NCBI RefSeq assembly: GCF_009914755.1 | Contig: NC_060929.1 | Strand: one strand, 5' to 3' | Source: the human T2T-CHM13v2.0 reference genome, Homo sapiens | DNA length: 64,000 nucleotides | Part shown: in pieces, positions 25,764 through 43,673 of the stretch | How positions within the stretch are numbered: position 1 is the first letter of the stretch | Layout of the letters: each line of letters begins with the position of its first letter | Translations under genes and position numbers: made by a program | The notes under the pieces: generated by a model | Told to the model about the DNA's origin: nothing | What the model saw: the letters and a program-made list of their open reading frames with translations, nothing else | The model's database searches: none

Positions 25764-28700
25764 TGAGTGAAGATGACTCTGACCTTTGACAAATCTTCTA
25801 TTGGTGCTTGGTACCAGCATGAGATTTTATGGCTCACACCAATAGGACAATTTGCTGAGATCTGAGAACACCCCTCCAGAAAATCTCTGATCTTCCAACA
25901 TTTTATCAATATCTAAAGTTTATTTTGCTGTACAACCCCTCTTTTTTGGGAGTTTTACTTGCTTCCAATGAGGAATGCAAGCTTTCCTGCTTCCATAGTG
26001 ATGGAAGGCCGGTAACTCCTTTATGGAGTTTGAGCTCACTTCCAACAGGAAAGATTAGTGTTTTGTTTTGTTTCCTGCTTCTAAGATGGTAGAGAGCAGT
26101 CTATAGCCTGAGATGCAACATTAGGTAAGAAACTGATTTGGGATTCTGTCTTGCAAATTCTTCTTAAATGACTAAAGTTAGCATTAACAACCACCTGGCA
26201 TTAATTTCTGCTTACTCTTAGAGCACTCAGAAATCTTGTAATTTGTGTGATCATTCTTAGTTTTGCTTAACTGTTTTGTTGTTTGTTTCTGTCTTGTTGG
26301 ATTTTGTGTGTGTGTGTATGTGTGTGTGTTTTGGTCCTTTCCCTTATCGGATTTGACCAACTCATAACCCTCTAGCTCATGAGTGTGGAATCTTCTACTC
26401 CAAATAAATAAGAGCACCGCACTTGCCTCATCCTTTTGGGGCATTCTCAGGCAACTGAGAATCACATGAGGGTGTTTGGGAGGAACACTCCCTGAGATAT
26501 GCAGTGGCTCTAAATAGATTTCCCCCTAAAAAGAATGTACTTAGGGCTGGCAGGTGTATATAAGGAGATGACCCCTCCCGGACCTTGAGCCCCTGACACA
26601 CTGTGCCACGTAGCCACAACACAGGTGGTCTGAATCGGTTCATGGAGTAATGGCCCTGAAAAGCTAGGTCTGCAAGTGGCACATTTTGAGTCCGACGCAT
26701 GTCCCAGCTTGGTCAAATCTGAAGGGGAATGCCAAATCACGGGGAACAAGACTGCTGAAATGGCTAAAAACTCACACACACACAAAAGGGTGGTATGGTT
26801 AGGAGAGGAAAATGGCCAGCAAAAGGAAAAAAAAAAAAAAAGGGAAGATTTTTTATTTTGACTACTAAAGGGGCTTTATTTATATAACAAGACCACCTTT
26901 TTGCCAGCCAGACCAACCTGAAAGAGCAATGGCTGTACTTCTGAAATAGCAGCATTTTGTCCTAGCCGAAATAAGGTAATAAGAGATTTTAAAATATTTA
27001 TTTAAAAGGAACTCAATGGTTAAAAGTCAGCTTAATTAAAAGGCTAACATCCATGATGTGTGCATATATGTGTGCATGTTTGTATTTGTATTTTAAAAGC
27101 TTTCATGTTTTCGTTTTTTTCTTCTTGTTGTTTATCTCTTCTAAGACCTTGTCTTTTTTTGGGGGGAAAAAGTGTTTTTTTCTTCTTAGTTGACTGAATT
27201 CTGTTTTTGCCTGATTTTAGCATCTCTCTCTCTAGCACTACCAGACTTTTTCTCTCTGTACCTTATGATTTACTTATGCTATTTGATTTTCACTTAAGTT
27301 GTTTCCTTTATTATGCAAATATAAGTCATTATCTGACGACTGCCTAGGGTTGTCAGCAGGTTATCAAGAATCTGAAAGTCTAAGACAGGAAAAAAAAAAG
27401 TGGGGGGGTTCTTTATGAATCAATAAAAGGTACTTCCATTGGCATGCCTAATACGTCTATCTATTTATGTGTTGTGTACACAATGTTTCACTCCTAAAAA
27501 TATATAAAAGAGCTCTAATTAATTGGCTTAAAAAATACAAGTGCTTAAATCAGATACTTTAAAACAAGACTAGTCAAATGCTTTTTGTTCACGTGACTTA
27601 AGTAAACTCTTTAATAAATAAGGTGTCTTTAAAAGTATTGATAAAATGATATTAGCAATGTCTTATGAATTGTTAGTATTTTTTTTATCAAATGATTTCG
27701 GGTTTATTCCTGCAGAATACTATAAGATTTGCCATAAGGGTTATAAAACTATAAAACCCAGCCCAAGACAGAGTTATCTTTGCTTGTGTATGCTTATGAA
27801 ATATTGTTGGCTTAATGAAAACAGCTAAATCCTGAGTTATTGGAATAAGTACCCTTTAATGAAACCATATGTTTTATTACTTAAGTAAATACCAGAAATT
27901 CACAGATATAAAAAATTGCTAATAGGCAAATAACTTTAAATATTGGCTATCACAGTTTTTGTAAATAATCTAGTTAAACTATTAAATAAATTAATCACGT
28001 AAATAATGGAATAAATACGTGTACACTAACATCACGATTTAAGATCTAAGGTCATTAATTGATATTAAGTACCTGGGTCATTTCCAATTTTAAACATTGT
28101 TTAAATTTCTCATTAAAAGGTAAATATCTTTGTCTAATTCAAAGCTTATTTAAGGGATATATATAAAACAAGGTAAAGAAATCAGGAAATGAGACACAAA
28201 GCTAAAGATACAAAGAGGTATTTTTTGGTAAAGAAGGTAAAAAGGAAAGGAATTTTATGTAAGAAATAATGTTGTGTGGTGGATTTTTACCCTAAAATAA
28301 AATGACTGGTTTGTTCAAGAAAAGGGGATATTTGGGGAAAAACAGAAAGTTTAAGCACGTTGTGAATGGTCTATGTAGGTCATAATAAGATTAATAAAAG
28401 TAATTTTTAAAGAGATTTTATAATTCAGTTGGCTGTGATTAAAAAGAAATTATAATAGTCTTTCTAGAGATGAGTGTTGATATTTAAAAATGCACTAATA
28501 CAAAACTAAATAATTGTTTAAAACAAGTTTTATTACAAATATTAACTTATTTTTAATATGAAAAATTGTTAAATTTTAATATCTGCCTCTTTAACATTCT
28601 TCAGATTGATATCTTAAAAGTACCACTTTTATTCTTTTGAAAAGACCTTGAATGATGGCTCTCTCCTTCACCTTTTGTTGGCTTCTGTAACTTTTACTAA

Positions 28701-29344
28701 CTATCTAAAGTAAGGGAGAAAAAATTTTTTTTGAATACAGGCAAGTAAAGTATCTTTTGGACATATATTTTACTCTGAGTGCCTGTTATATCCCTATCTT
28801 TATTTGTGTCGTGTGGAACTCATATATCACTACCAAACCACAGGAAAGAGCTCTAATCAAGTAACTTAGAAAATGTAAATGCTTATCAGATTGGTAGAAA
28901 CTAACCCAGCTGACTTTCAATTCACATGACCTTGGTAATCTTTGGTAAAAGTAGTTTAGTAAATTTAATCTCAATAACCTCCAGTAATTTAAAATCTTAA
29001 AGTCACGTTAAACCCTCGAGTTTCCCCCTTGCCACTGGAAATTTGGGTTACTAAAAAGTTAAAAAAGTAGGAGATAAAATATGCTTTTGGTAAAATTGTA
29101 TAAAACACAAAGATGTCAATATTCAAAAATGCAGGTTTCCTTTTGCTTAAGAAACTATTATGAGGAGTTGCTTTATAATGAAGAAAAGTATACAAATAAA
29201 ACTAACTGAATTGGGGAAAAAAAAAAAAGAAAAAAACAAGCCAGGGCAATGGAAGTTTACTCTGAACACTGTGGTTCCCAAGAAAATAGTTGATATGGAG
29301 GAAGGGTAAAACAAGTAACTATGTAAAACCAGAGGGTATAATGT

Positions 29345-29383
<39 letters not shown>

Positions 29384-29409
29384 ACATACATTGATATCAT
29401 TCAGCTTCT

Positions 29410-30563
29410 TAATTTTAAATGGTACAGAATTTAAGAGCTGGTTTGGATTAATGCAGGACCCACAGCTCACTACTGAACAATCACTGATGAGTATATGTGA
29501 TCCAAATGCACAGGGGATTATTCCTGAAAAAGCAAGCAGCCTAATGGGCTGGATAAATGCCAATGTAAGGTCTGTTTGCTTTGAGAAGGGGACTACCCAA
29601 CTCTCCCTATAAAATACTAAGGGAAGCACCCCAGATGAAGCAGTTAATATGCTTCATGTGCAAGCCATGTTGGACTAGCTTTATGGTAACTGAAACACCC
29701 TCCCACCAAATATGTCTATTACCCAAGTCGTGGTGAATTTGAGGGTTAAGGGGTCCCTTTTTCATGGGTGCCCGTCCCATAGAATCACAGGACTGTTTAA
29801 GAAGCCTTATCAAATTTGCTGTCCCTCATAGGTCTAACAGATGCAACTCCCTGCTGGGAACCCAAATCCTTTTATTTTTTTTTTTCACCAGAAAAGGTAA
29901 AATAGTTATCTGAAGATGTTATATATATATAATCTGGGACCCAGAACGTAAAAACATAAAGGTTGATAAAATTATGAAATTTAAGATGTTTAAACAAGCT
30001 TTATGTAAGGTAGTTGTAACCCCTTTATGAAAAGTCTTACGAAAATGGGTACTATATCTAACTGGGAGATGTTTCCTAAACTGAAGACATATAAATTTGT
30101 TCTTTTAAGAAATGTTAATTGCACATGCTAAATGGGAACTAGTAAATTGCCTGAGCCCACAAAATACAGGGTAAAAGTTCGACTGCTAGTTGGGACAAAT
30201 CTCCACTGCATAGCCCTTTATGTGGAGCTTTTTTCAGGGCTGATACCAAACATTATGAGTACTTTTCAATAACGACTGAACTAGAGAATTTCTGCTTAGG
30301 GCATTTACTGCCTTGCTATGGAACACTAACTGAAGCTACCCCTATGCTAATGGAAACAAAGTTTCTCAAAAGAGTTCCATGATAAAATAAAAATGGTTTA
30401 CATAAAATCTTGCTACCTAATAAGCAGGAGACTCTTTCCAAAGACTAATTATGAGGAGCTGCTAAATTCCACAGTGCCTAATAGGCACTTCTCGTGAGCT
30501 GCTTGGTTTGTAAATGGAATTTCCAAGGTAAATCAACGTCTTGTTTTAAAAGCTGCTGCTCTA
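29410..30563 (+). pseudogene. Decayed ERV-L-like gag/pro/pol(RNase H) remnants with stops, frameshifts and large deletions
   Basis: Hand translations: SSLMGWI, STPDEAVNMLHVQAMLD*LY (29625-29684), MLIAHAKWELV/LPEPTKYRV (30112-30173), HLLPCYGTLTE (from 30302), SSMIK*KWFT (30373-30402), AWFVNGISK...KAAAL (30501-30563). Confidence 0.7.
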
Positions 30564-31777
30564 GTTAAAGAAGGGTCAAAAAATATTTTGCTTTTAAGTT
30601 ATTTGGGTAACATATGTTTTTATAAGCAAGTTTACCTTTTTGTCTAAGTTCTAAAATTCAATTTGTAATTTTATGACAATATAGTTATCTGCATAAATTC
30701 AATGAGAGTATTTTGAAACAACTGGAGACACCAGTTATTTTTCTAAGACTTTAACTAAACTAGCGTATTTGTAGGTAAAGTTCAGGCAAGGCCAACTTAA
30801 AAAAGCCTCCATGGCCAATCAATTCTTGCTGCATTCTATGCAAAATAATCAGACTGAATTTAATAAGCCTAAAACTTATTTTGTACACAAAATGGTCCTG
30901 CTATAATATCTCTTTAATTAAAAAAAAGCTCAATAAATTGTTTCGAGGGAAAAGCATAACACCTAATGCTAAATCTCAGCCCCAACTTTTTTTTTTTGAG
31001 TGCAGAATAAATCATTATTTATTGGCTACAGTAATTCTCCAGAGAGTACCAGATTATAATTTTTCTTCATATTTTTAGTTGGTGCCCTAATGGAATAGTT
31101 TATTTTCCTGTTCTGACATACAAATTAGTCTTATAATTGTCAAATTATAAATGTTATTTATCTCTCCTTGTTTGACTTTCCAGGATACCAAAATCATCAT
31201 ACCAGAGACATGAATCTCCCTCATTTGGCATCCCAGGAGGCCTGGATCAGTTTCACTGTGAATGCTCCGCCGCTCAACCACACAAGCACCCTTCCTCCAG
31301 GCCCAGGGGATACTGCAGAAGAGGTGGGTGCATAAGATTATAAGGGCCAGTTTTGAGGGATAAAATTAGGTCAAGATCAAACCCTCCAAATCAAGAAGGG
31401 GTACAAATATGCCTAAACAACTAGTAAAACAAGTTTAGTTGCCTTCTAAACAATTATGTATCAACTTTGCATCCACCCCAACCACAGAGAATTTCCTGCT
31501 TACTATAGAATTAAAGAAAAACATTTCTTTACAGGGTAAAAATACCTTGTAACAAAGCTTCCTGGGTATAATATTCTACTTATAAGTTAAGAAGATAAAT
31601 ATATATATATTTTTTAATTATTTTCAGAACAATGCTTATTTTGTATATAGATAATTGCCATAAGTCTGTACCAAAAACCAAGTTTACAGTAACTCAACAC
31701 ATAGAGGTTAGAAATAAGTCAGTCTCATAATTTTGCCTTTTGGTTTTGTTTGTTGGCTTTTTACTTAAAATAACAAT

Positions 31778-35617
<3,840 letters not shown>

Positions 35618-35844
35618 TAAAATAACAATTTTAAGAGGTAAATGAATGCCTGTCCACATCCAGTTGTATCTGACCTACAACAATTAATTGGCTATAAGTC
35701 TTTTGATTCTTAAAGCCCTCAGCCATAGGGAGTCCCACCAAGGGACAACGTGGACCCAGAGTAGGCAGTCATGCCACTCTGCCAATGCTATGGGACAGTA
35801 TAAGTATTGCTGGCCTTTGATGCTGCCTCTGGCAAATCTTGGCC

Positions 35845-35857
35845 AGAAGAAGGAGAA
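35845..35857 (+). other. Polypurine tract
   Basis: AGAAGAAGGAGAA immediately precedes the 3' LTR. Confidence 0.8.
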
Positions 35858-36461
35858 TTTAAACCAAGATAAATTCTAAGGCACCCCTCCAAAAAAAAAT
35901 TATCTAAAAGGACTACCTTCTCAGCCAGGGCTCTTAAAATTTAACCTGAAAGACTGGTTCAGGCCATGAAGGGAAGCGGGGGTCAGACATGCCTTATTAA
36001 ACCTCTCCGTCATTCACATCAACACAGACATTAAGTCTGATAAGAAACATTTTACAGCCTGTTTCTCTCTGAAGCCTGCTAGCTTCAAGCTTCATCTGCA
36101 TGATAAAACTTTGGTCTGCACAACCTCTTATTTCAACCCAAATATTCCTTTCTGTTGATCCCAGTTCTCTAGATACACTCCTCAACCAATTGTCAACCAG
36201 AAAATGTTTAAATTTACCTGTAGCCTGGAAGCCCCCACTTTGACTTGTTCTGCCTTTCTGGATCAAACCAATGTATTTCTTAAATGTACTTGATTGATAT
36301 CTCATGCCTCCCTAAAATGTATAAAACCAAGCTGCACCCCGGCTACCTTGGGCACATGTTGTCAGGATTTCCTGCAGCTAGTCATGGGTGCATGTTCTCA
36401 ACCTTGGCAAAATAAACTTTCTAAATTAGCTGAGACCTCTCTCAGATTTTCTAGGTTCACA
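35858..36461 (+). mobile_element. 3' LTR (MER4A-like)
   Basis: Direct repeat of 25138-25739, ending ggttcaca. Confidence 0.9.
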
Positions 36462-36507
36462 AATTCAACATGAGTTTTGGATGGGGACACAGATCCAAAC
36501 CATATCA
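36462..36507 (-). mobile_element. MST-family LTR, part 2
   Basis: aattcaacatgagttttggatggggacacagatccaaaccatatca. Confidence 0.88.
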
Positions 36508-38229
36508 CCTAGAAAAACTAAATACACTCCACTGTTGCATAAACCCCTTCTTTTTCACGCCTTTGTTGTCTTCTTAGCTCAGTTTGAATATCACTTTCTA
36601 TACAACGAAAATTCCAATGAAACAAGTGAAAATGACATTTCTTGTCTCTGAATTCTTTGAGAATGTTTTAATATAACCCCATATATTTATGGCACTTTCC
36701 TCTACTAGAATTATTATAAGTAAATCTTATCTCATTATGAGACTGTGACTTAAGATGCTTTTATTAAAGTAATAGCTGAATGATATTTAAATGAAAAAAA
36801 TGTTGAAAAGAGAATTAAACATTGAGATATGTAGATAAGGCTGCAGGAAAGGAGATTAGATTTGAATTGGGTTTTGCAGTCTCAGTGAGTAAGCACGGCT
36901 TTCCTCCTCCCCTAGGAATCTTCCAGTTATATGAAAACTTGCTATTTTGTGTTTTTTGTAATTATGGGACTCAGGTCCCTTGCTCCAATATGTGATTGCT
37001 GTGTGACTTTTGTTGCGTTATTTACCTTTCTGAGTACCAGTTTTCTGGTCTTGAAATAATAATTATTATAGATATGTAAAAGGATTAAATGAGACAAACT
37101 TTCAAAGTTGCTATTTTCTAATAGTTACTGGTGGACTCCACTTCTACATCAAAAGTGTATCTTCAAGATTAGATTATTAAAGAAACCATGAATGTTATAA
37201 AAATTGCATTTGAGTCATTCATGATCTTCATTGTCCATATTTAATGCAGTCTACAAAAATAAACTTAAGAGAGAATGGCAGCACATAACTTGCATCCCAT
37301 TTATCATTTCAGTCAGTAGTGGCTGCCTGATACAGCAGGAAGAGAAAGGTTATTGTGAATTAGCAACATCTGCCATTGTCACAGGGTGGGGACCTAGTAG
37401 TATGCCTGATATTTGCTATTTCTCAGAAGAAATGCTACCTACAAATGTGTCTTGCTAAAAATACAATAATGATAACAACAATAATATGATAATAGGAAGA
37501 TCTAGTTGACACATAATACTTTATGCACTGATAAACACCATGATAAGTTTTAAGTTAAGGACTTTATATGCACTGTCTGACACATTTACTTTTCACTATT
37601 AGTTAGGAACTACTACACTCATTTCTCCATGAGATATGTGAAGTTTAGAGAGTTTAGGCAGTTACCAAAGTCATAAAACTAGTAAAGTTTAATCCTAGGT
37701 TTGTTTTGCAACATGCAGCACATCACCTGCCAGATAACAGCATACATACACCTAAATGGTGTTTTATGGTTTTTAAAGTACTTTCCTATACCTCACCACA
37801 TTTACCATTTCAAAGTCCTGTAACAGGCTTGCAGTTGATAGGACAGATGATACAACTCATCCGACATGTCACAGGGAGACCAAAGGCTTTCCTTAAATTG
37901 ATATTCATATGCCTGAGCTAGAAGCAACCTAATACAATAAAAAGAGTCAGAAGTCAGACACATTATTAACTTACTTGCTCATTCATCTCCCACGTAAATA
38001 CGCATCAAATGTCTTCTATGTCACAGGCACTGAGTTTTAATTTGTCTTTTGCTTCTTTTCACCTGCAGGGCATTGAGCAGTTTACTGCATCATGATTTTT
38101 TAATATAGGGGGAAAGGACACCTATTCAGATGGATCCACAGTCAATCCTAATCTGGATTCATCAGTTAGAAAAATAACCCATTCACACAGTTCTGGTTAC
38201 CCTTTTAATCGCCTGTTAACTTTAAAATT

Positions 38230-38485
38230 GTTGGTTAAAACAAATATTATTTAGTGCTTATTATTTGCCAGATGGTAATCTAAACATTTTTTAAAAATAG
38301 CTGATTTAAATTCCCTAATAACTCTATGATGTAGGTACCGTTGTTACCATCTCTTTTCTTTTTACAGTTTTAATCATTGAATCACAGAGAAGTGAAATGA
38401 CTTACGCAAGATTACATACCTTAGAAGTGGAGGCACAATTATAACCCAAACACTCAGTTTTCAAATATGCTCTTACCACAATTTA
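38230..38485 (-). mobile_element. MIR
   Basis: taataactctatgatgtaggtaccgttg...tgaatcacagagaagtgaaatgacttacgcaagattacatac. Confidence 0.7.
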
Positions 38486-39413
38486 TAATGCATCATATTG
38501 TTGCTCTGAAGGTCAAATTAAACTAGATAATAAATGTAAAACACCTAACATAGATTCTGAGATATAGTAGATGTTCAGGAAATGCTTATATCCCTTTCTT
38601 GTGAGGCTACATTTTATGACTGTAAAGCTATGCCACACTGCTACCTCTAGAAATAGTTACAGAAATAAGAATAATTTGTCAGAGGGACTCTAAACAAAGA
38701 ATTGCCTAATATCATAAAAACAGTGAAGAAGAAAATGTGGTTTCCTGTAAGAAAACAAGTCCCCTGTAGTCCTTTTACTTTTTTCCCTTTCTAGTCTGCA
38801 TTTTTACAATATCAGCCCATTAAGCATCATTTCAGTGACTTGTGTTCATACACCATTTCAAATCTAGGTAGCTAATGAAACAATAAAGTATTTACATAGA
38901 AAGAAAAAGCAATATACATCCCCACTCTATATTGAAGTGTCTTGGAAATGGGGGAGACTACAATTTGACTATAAGCCTTTCCCTTGAAGTTAATTGACCG
39001 TTTATTCAGACTGCTTTTGAATTCAGAAGGTCCGCTGAGCATATATGCATATTACCATAGTCCTCATTCTTTGAAGGCCTGGCTAATTCACACCTCATTT
39101 GTTTATTTATTTTTGGAAATATAGATATGCTTATCATATACTTCCTTTACTACTGTTTGTCCAAAGTCTGTTTCCTTTAAGTTGTCATTTGTCAACTGGG
39201 AATTTGGCAATTGTAACGTTAATTCTAAGAGTTCTAGAATATTCTCAGACTGTTTCAGGGAGTAAACTACACGCACTAATCTCATAAAGAGGCCAGACCA
39301 CTTCAGTGTAAGTCATTGTGAAGAGTTAAAGGATATCATGTAATCCATGAAAACTGAATCAAGACTGCTTAATTCTTTCATAACATATTTTGAAAGGACC
39401 ATAATGTTTTATT

Positions 39414-40067
39414 TAAAAAAAAAATTCAACTTTTATTTTAGGTTCGGGGTATACATGCAGGTTTCATATGTGGGTATATCACAGAAAGCTGGGGTTTGGT
39501 ACTAATGGTCCCATTATTCAGGTAGTGAGAATAGTAATTCAACCCTAGTCCCCCCCACCCTCCTTCCCCTATTAGTCCTCAGTGTCTGCTGTTTTCCTTA
39601 TTTTACTTTATTTTATTATTTTTTGAAATAGAGTCTCACTCTGTCACATAGGCTGGAGTACGGTTGTAAGATTACATCTCATTACAGCCTCAATCCTCCC
39701 ACCTCAGCCTCCTGAGTAGGTGGGACCACAGGCATACATCACCGTGCCTGGCTAATATTTTATTTTTATTTTTGTAGAGACAGTGTCTCTCTATGTTGCC
39801 CAGGCATGTCTTGAACTCCTGGGTTCAAGTGATCCTACCATCTTGGACTCCAAAATGTTGGGAGTGTGAGCCAACAGGCCCAGCCATGTTGTTCCCATCC
39901 TTATGTCCATATGAACTGAATGTTTAGCTTTCACTTATAAGTGAGAACATGTGGTATCTGGTTTTCTGTTCCTGTGGGAATTCAGTTGGGCTAATGGCCT
40001 CCGGCTGCATCCATCTTGTTACAAAGGATATGATTTTGTTCTTTTTTATGACTGCATAGTATTCCAT
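39414..40067 (-). mobile_element. 5'-truncated older L1PA (PA15/16-like) 3' end, interrupted by an Alu
   Basis: ttcaacttttattttaggttcgggg...cacttataagtgagaacatgtggtat...tgcatagtattccat. Degenerate TSD ccataatgttttat / ccatcatgattttat. Confidence 0.85.
39598..39885 (-). mobile_element. AluJ-like element
   Basis: gagtctcactctgtcacataggctggag...tttttgtagagacagtgtctctctatgttgcccagg. Confidence 0.88.
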
Positions 40068-40406
40068 CATGATTTTATCTACCAAAAAATAAATTAGAAA
40101 TACCATTCAGCTTCATACAAGCTAAAAACTTTCCTTACTGTTGGAGAGCTGTTAGAAAAATATCCCTCCATTTTTCTTTCTTGATCAAATCAAATAAACA
40201 CTTTGTTTCACTGGAAAGAGTAAAACAGAGTGGGGTAAATAGTGTGGAAGATTCCATCTGCCCCATCACTCAATTACTCTATAGCTTGCATATGAGAAAG
40301 GCATTCTAATAATTTGTTCCCTTAGTTGGCCTCATTTTATTTATATTTTGAACAGTGTAAACATTTCACCATGCTGCACAGGATTCCAGGTCTTAAAGAT
40401 ACTTCT

Positions 40407-40712
<306 letters not shown>

Positions 40713-40957
40713 AAAGGTACTTCTTTTATATAATATGTCTCTCCAATGAAAGTTGATTATTTCCTCTGATGCTCAACAAAGGAATGGTTTCTTCTAAATG
40801 CTGAAGGAAAAAGAAAAAGCATATTTTGGACTAAATGAGCAAAGTTACACCTAAATAATTTTATGTATAATTTACAGGTCATGTTTTCAGTATTTCAAGG
40901 AAAAACAACATTAGTGGAAAATCTTAGTGGAACCATTTGAGGAGGATTAATGCTATT

Positions 40958-41592
40958 GTCAGGTTTCTTAGGCTGAGTTCCTCTAGAAGTAGAAACTGAG
41001 ACAATGGTTTGAGTGCAAGTAATTTATTTGGATGGAATGCAGGCGACAATAGAGGAGAGTGTAAAAATGATATGTAATAGGCAAAAACTCAATAGAGTAT
41101 ATGTTACCAAACAAATTATTGCTATTGGTCCTGCTAGCGAGCTCAGGGAAATGTAGCAAATACCTAAGCCCCTCATGGGGTCAAGGAACACACTCCATCT
41201 GCCATTAGTTGAAGAGTTGATGGCCTCTGTGGCTGCATAGTATTCCATCATGATTTTCTGCATCAAAAAATAAGTTAGAAATACCATTCACCTCCATACA
41301 AGCTGAAAACTCCACTTACTGTTGAAGAACTATTAGAAAAACATCTTTCACTTCTCCAACATCCATTACTTCTACAACATTCCAAGAGTATCCTAAGCAG
41401 GTAAAGGACATGCTCACATGCCCAGAAGTAAAACTTTGAGAGAGCCACAGGTGTCTGCGGAAAGTGGCTTTGCCTCATGCAGACTTGCATTTGGTGGGAA
41501 AGTAGCCTCAGCAGTGCTGGCTCTCCCTGGTTAAAGGACACACGACAAATTAGTGAAAGCCTCTTTACATTCTTTACATGTCTTGTTGCCAC
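40958..41592 (-). mobile_element. Old ERVL-type LTR (LTR16/33-like), interrupted at ~41230-41345
   Basis: aggctgagttcctctagaagtagaaactgagacaatggtttgagtgcaagtaatttatttgg is typical of the ERVL LTR 3' end on the reverse strand. Confidence 0.5.
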
Positions 41593-41609
41593 CCTAATAA
41601 TAATAATAA

Positions 41610-42059
41610 TACACTAGAGAAAATTGTCTCTAAATATGTTGTGTTTACTCAGAAATAAAAACAAGAAATATAACCTGGAATGCATGAAGGGCTAAGCCAC
41701 CAGTGCATTTGGGGAAGGAAAGGTAAGGGGAGCTTTCATTGGTGAAAAGAGAGTTACATAGCTGCTTAGAAAGAGCTCGTTGGTTTCAGAGGTTCGAAGT
41801 CAGAGTTGTCTGCTCATTGGTGGAGATGCCGTTACTGGGCAAGTGTTCTGAGAATGTCTCTGAATTACTGCAGTCCTAAAGACTGTCTTATCGAAGCATG
41901 AGATGTGTGAAGGACTCAAAAGGCTTTTTAGAAAGTCTTTGGAAATAGTTCTTACTTAGATACGTAAGCATGAGCCACCTCTCCTTCGGGCTTTCCAGTC
42001 CCTCTTTTGTCGGGATCTGACAAAAGTGATTTTACCCAGGTATCTGCAACTTTCACGTG
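41610..42059 (-). mobile_element. ERV1 LTR (MER34/MER39-like)
   Basis: The reverse complement begins ...gtgaaagttgcagatacctgggtaaaatcacttttgtcaga. Confidence 0.6.
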
Positions 42060-43673
42060 ATCATGGCAACTTAATAATTTATGTTTTTCAGCTTTTAACG
42101 GTTTGTTCACTTAATTGTGGGGGTTTCCAGCCTATTCTTACAAGGGCAGGTAGGCTCTTCTTTGTGAATTCTGCGTTGTAACACAAGGGAACTAAGCAAA
42201 GAAGAGGAGAGATATCCGGAATGCTTCCTAGAGACATCAGACAAAGGCTCTTTGGTTGTTCTTGTTCTGCTGACTTTGTTTTTACATCTAGGAGGTAATT
42301 TTTTATGTACTCCTGGCCATAGCTCAACTGAAGGCATTAAGAAAGTGAACGTTTTAGCTACACAAGCAACAACGATAAAATTTCCACTTGAACTTGTCTT
42401 TAGACTAACAACGTTTCTCTTGTATTGAAATTAATGGGAAGATAATAGCTCCTGTAAACTAGGAGCACCCACTTCTCAGTGGCTTCTCGAGCTTATCCTT
42501 CAGGGAGTTTGACGTTTAATATAGGCAGAGTTTTTTCATTGTTCATTATGGAATTTTAATCAGGTCATTTCTTTTTTTTCCAAAATTCAATCTTTGCAGA
42601 GGCTTTATTTAACATGTAGTAGGAAGGTTTCTTTTAATAATGTCTGGTAGGGAACAAATACCTCAGTCAAATTGTTGATAGCAAGTTTATTTTTAACTCT
42701 GTGCCTTGTACCATAAGATAATAGGCTATCTAAAATAGGATAAACAGTGCAGTTTTGCCTGGAATTTAAAAATGGGAAGTTATTATGTTATACTTTGACC
42801 ACAGGGATTGTTGGATAAAATAGTCTAATCCTATAAATAAGACCTGCGCCAATGAATAGGTTGATTCAAGAATGTAAAACAAGAAATATTTTGAGTTCAA
42901 AGGTTAATTTTTCCGTTCATTGAAGACAATGTTGATATATAGTTATAGATATAAAGGAACCTATATTTTTAAATAATTTTTTTAAACCAATGTGATTGTT
43001 GCAATTAAATTTTGTTATTAAAATTCTGGGGACATGTGTTTTTATAGTCCCATTTAAAAATTATTATTTCTGAACTTTGGGCTTTAAAGAGTCTGGAGGT
43101 GAGTTTAGTTTACTACCTTAGACACAGGATACTTAAAGGGATTAATTAGATAGGCATGAGATTATAAACATAAAATGTACTTTCCATTGATGTTATCTAG
43201 AGCTGATGAGACTTTGGAAACCACTATGTAATGAATTATATACAGCACATAAGCATTTTGTTTACAATATTAGCATATTATATCTATGTGCCAGTAAATG
43301 TGCTACTGTACTGACATAGATCATTTATTCTTCATTATGACAACTTTGAAGAGATAGCACTATTATCACCATTTTATTCACGAGAGAATTAAAACTTATA
43401 CAACTTACCTACTCACTGTCACTTGCACCTAAAAAGTTTAAGGAGTGCTTATAGTTCTATATAATAATTTGAAGAATACATATATACATCTCCATAATTT
43501 TAAGATACGTTTCACTTTAACATTCTATTCTAACATCTTTTGTTTCACCTTTTATATTTCTTTATTCCTGCTGCACATATTTTTGAACTTAGATTTTAAT
43601 TCATTGACACTTTAGCTACATAGAGAGCTTACCATTTGCCTTTACATCTGTACCCATGATTACTATTTACATT

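Noticed and set aside
25373-25909. Longest ORF in the window (178 aa)
   Set aside because: It is antisense through the MER4 LTR/PBS. The equivalent 3' LTR frame is only partly open, and no protein similarity is recognisable.
38035-38070. Strong-looking splice acceptor (polypyrimidine tract + CAG/G)
   Set aside because: No convincing downstream donor or reading frame, and it sits among L2/MIR remnants. Such motifs are frequent by chance.
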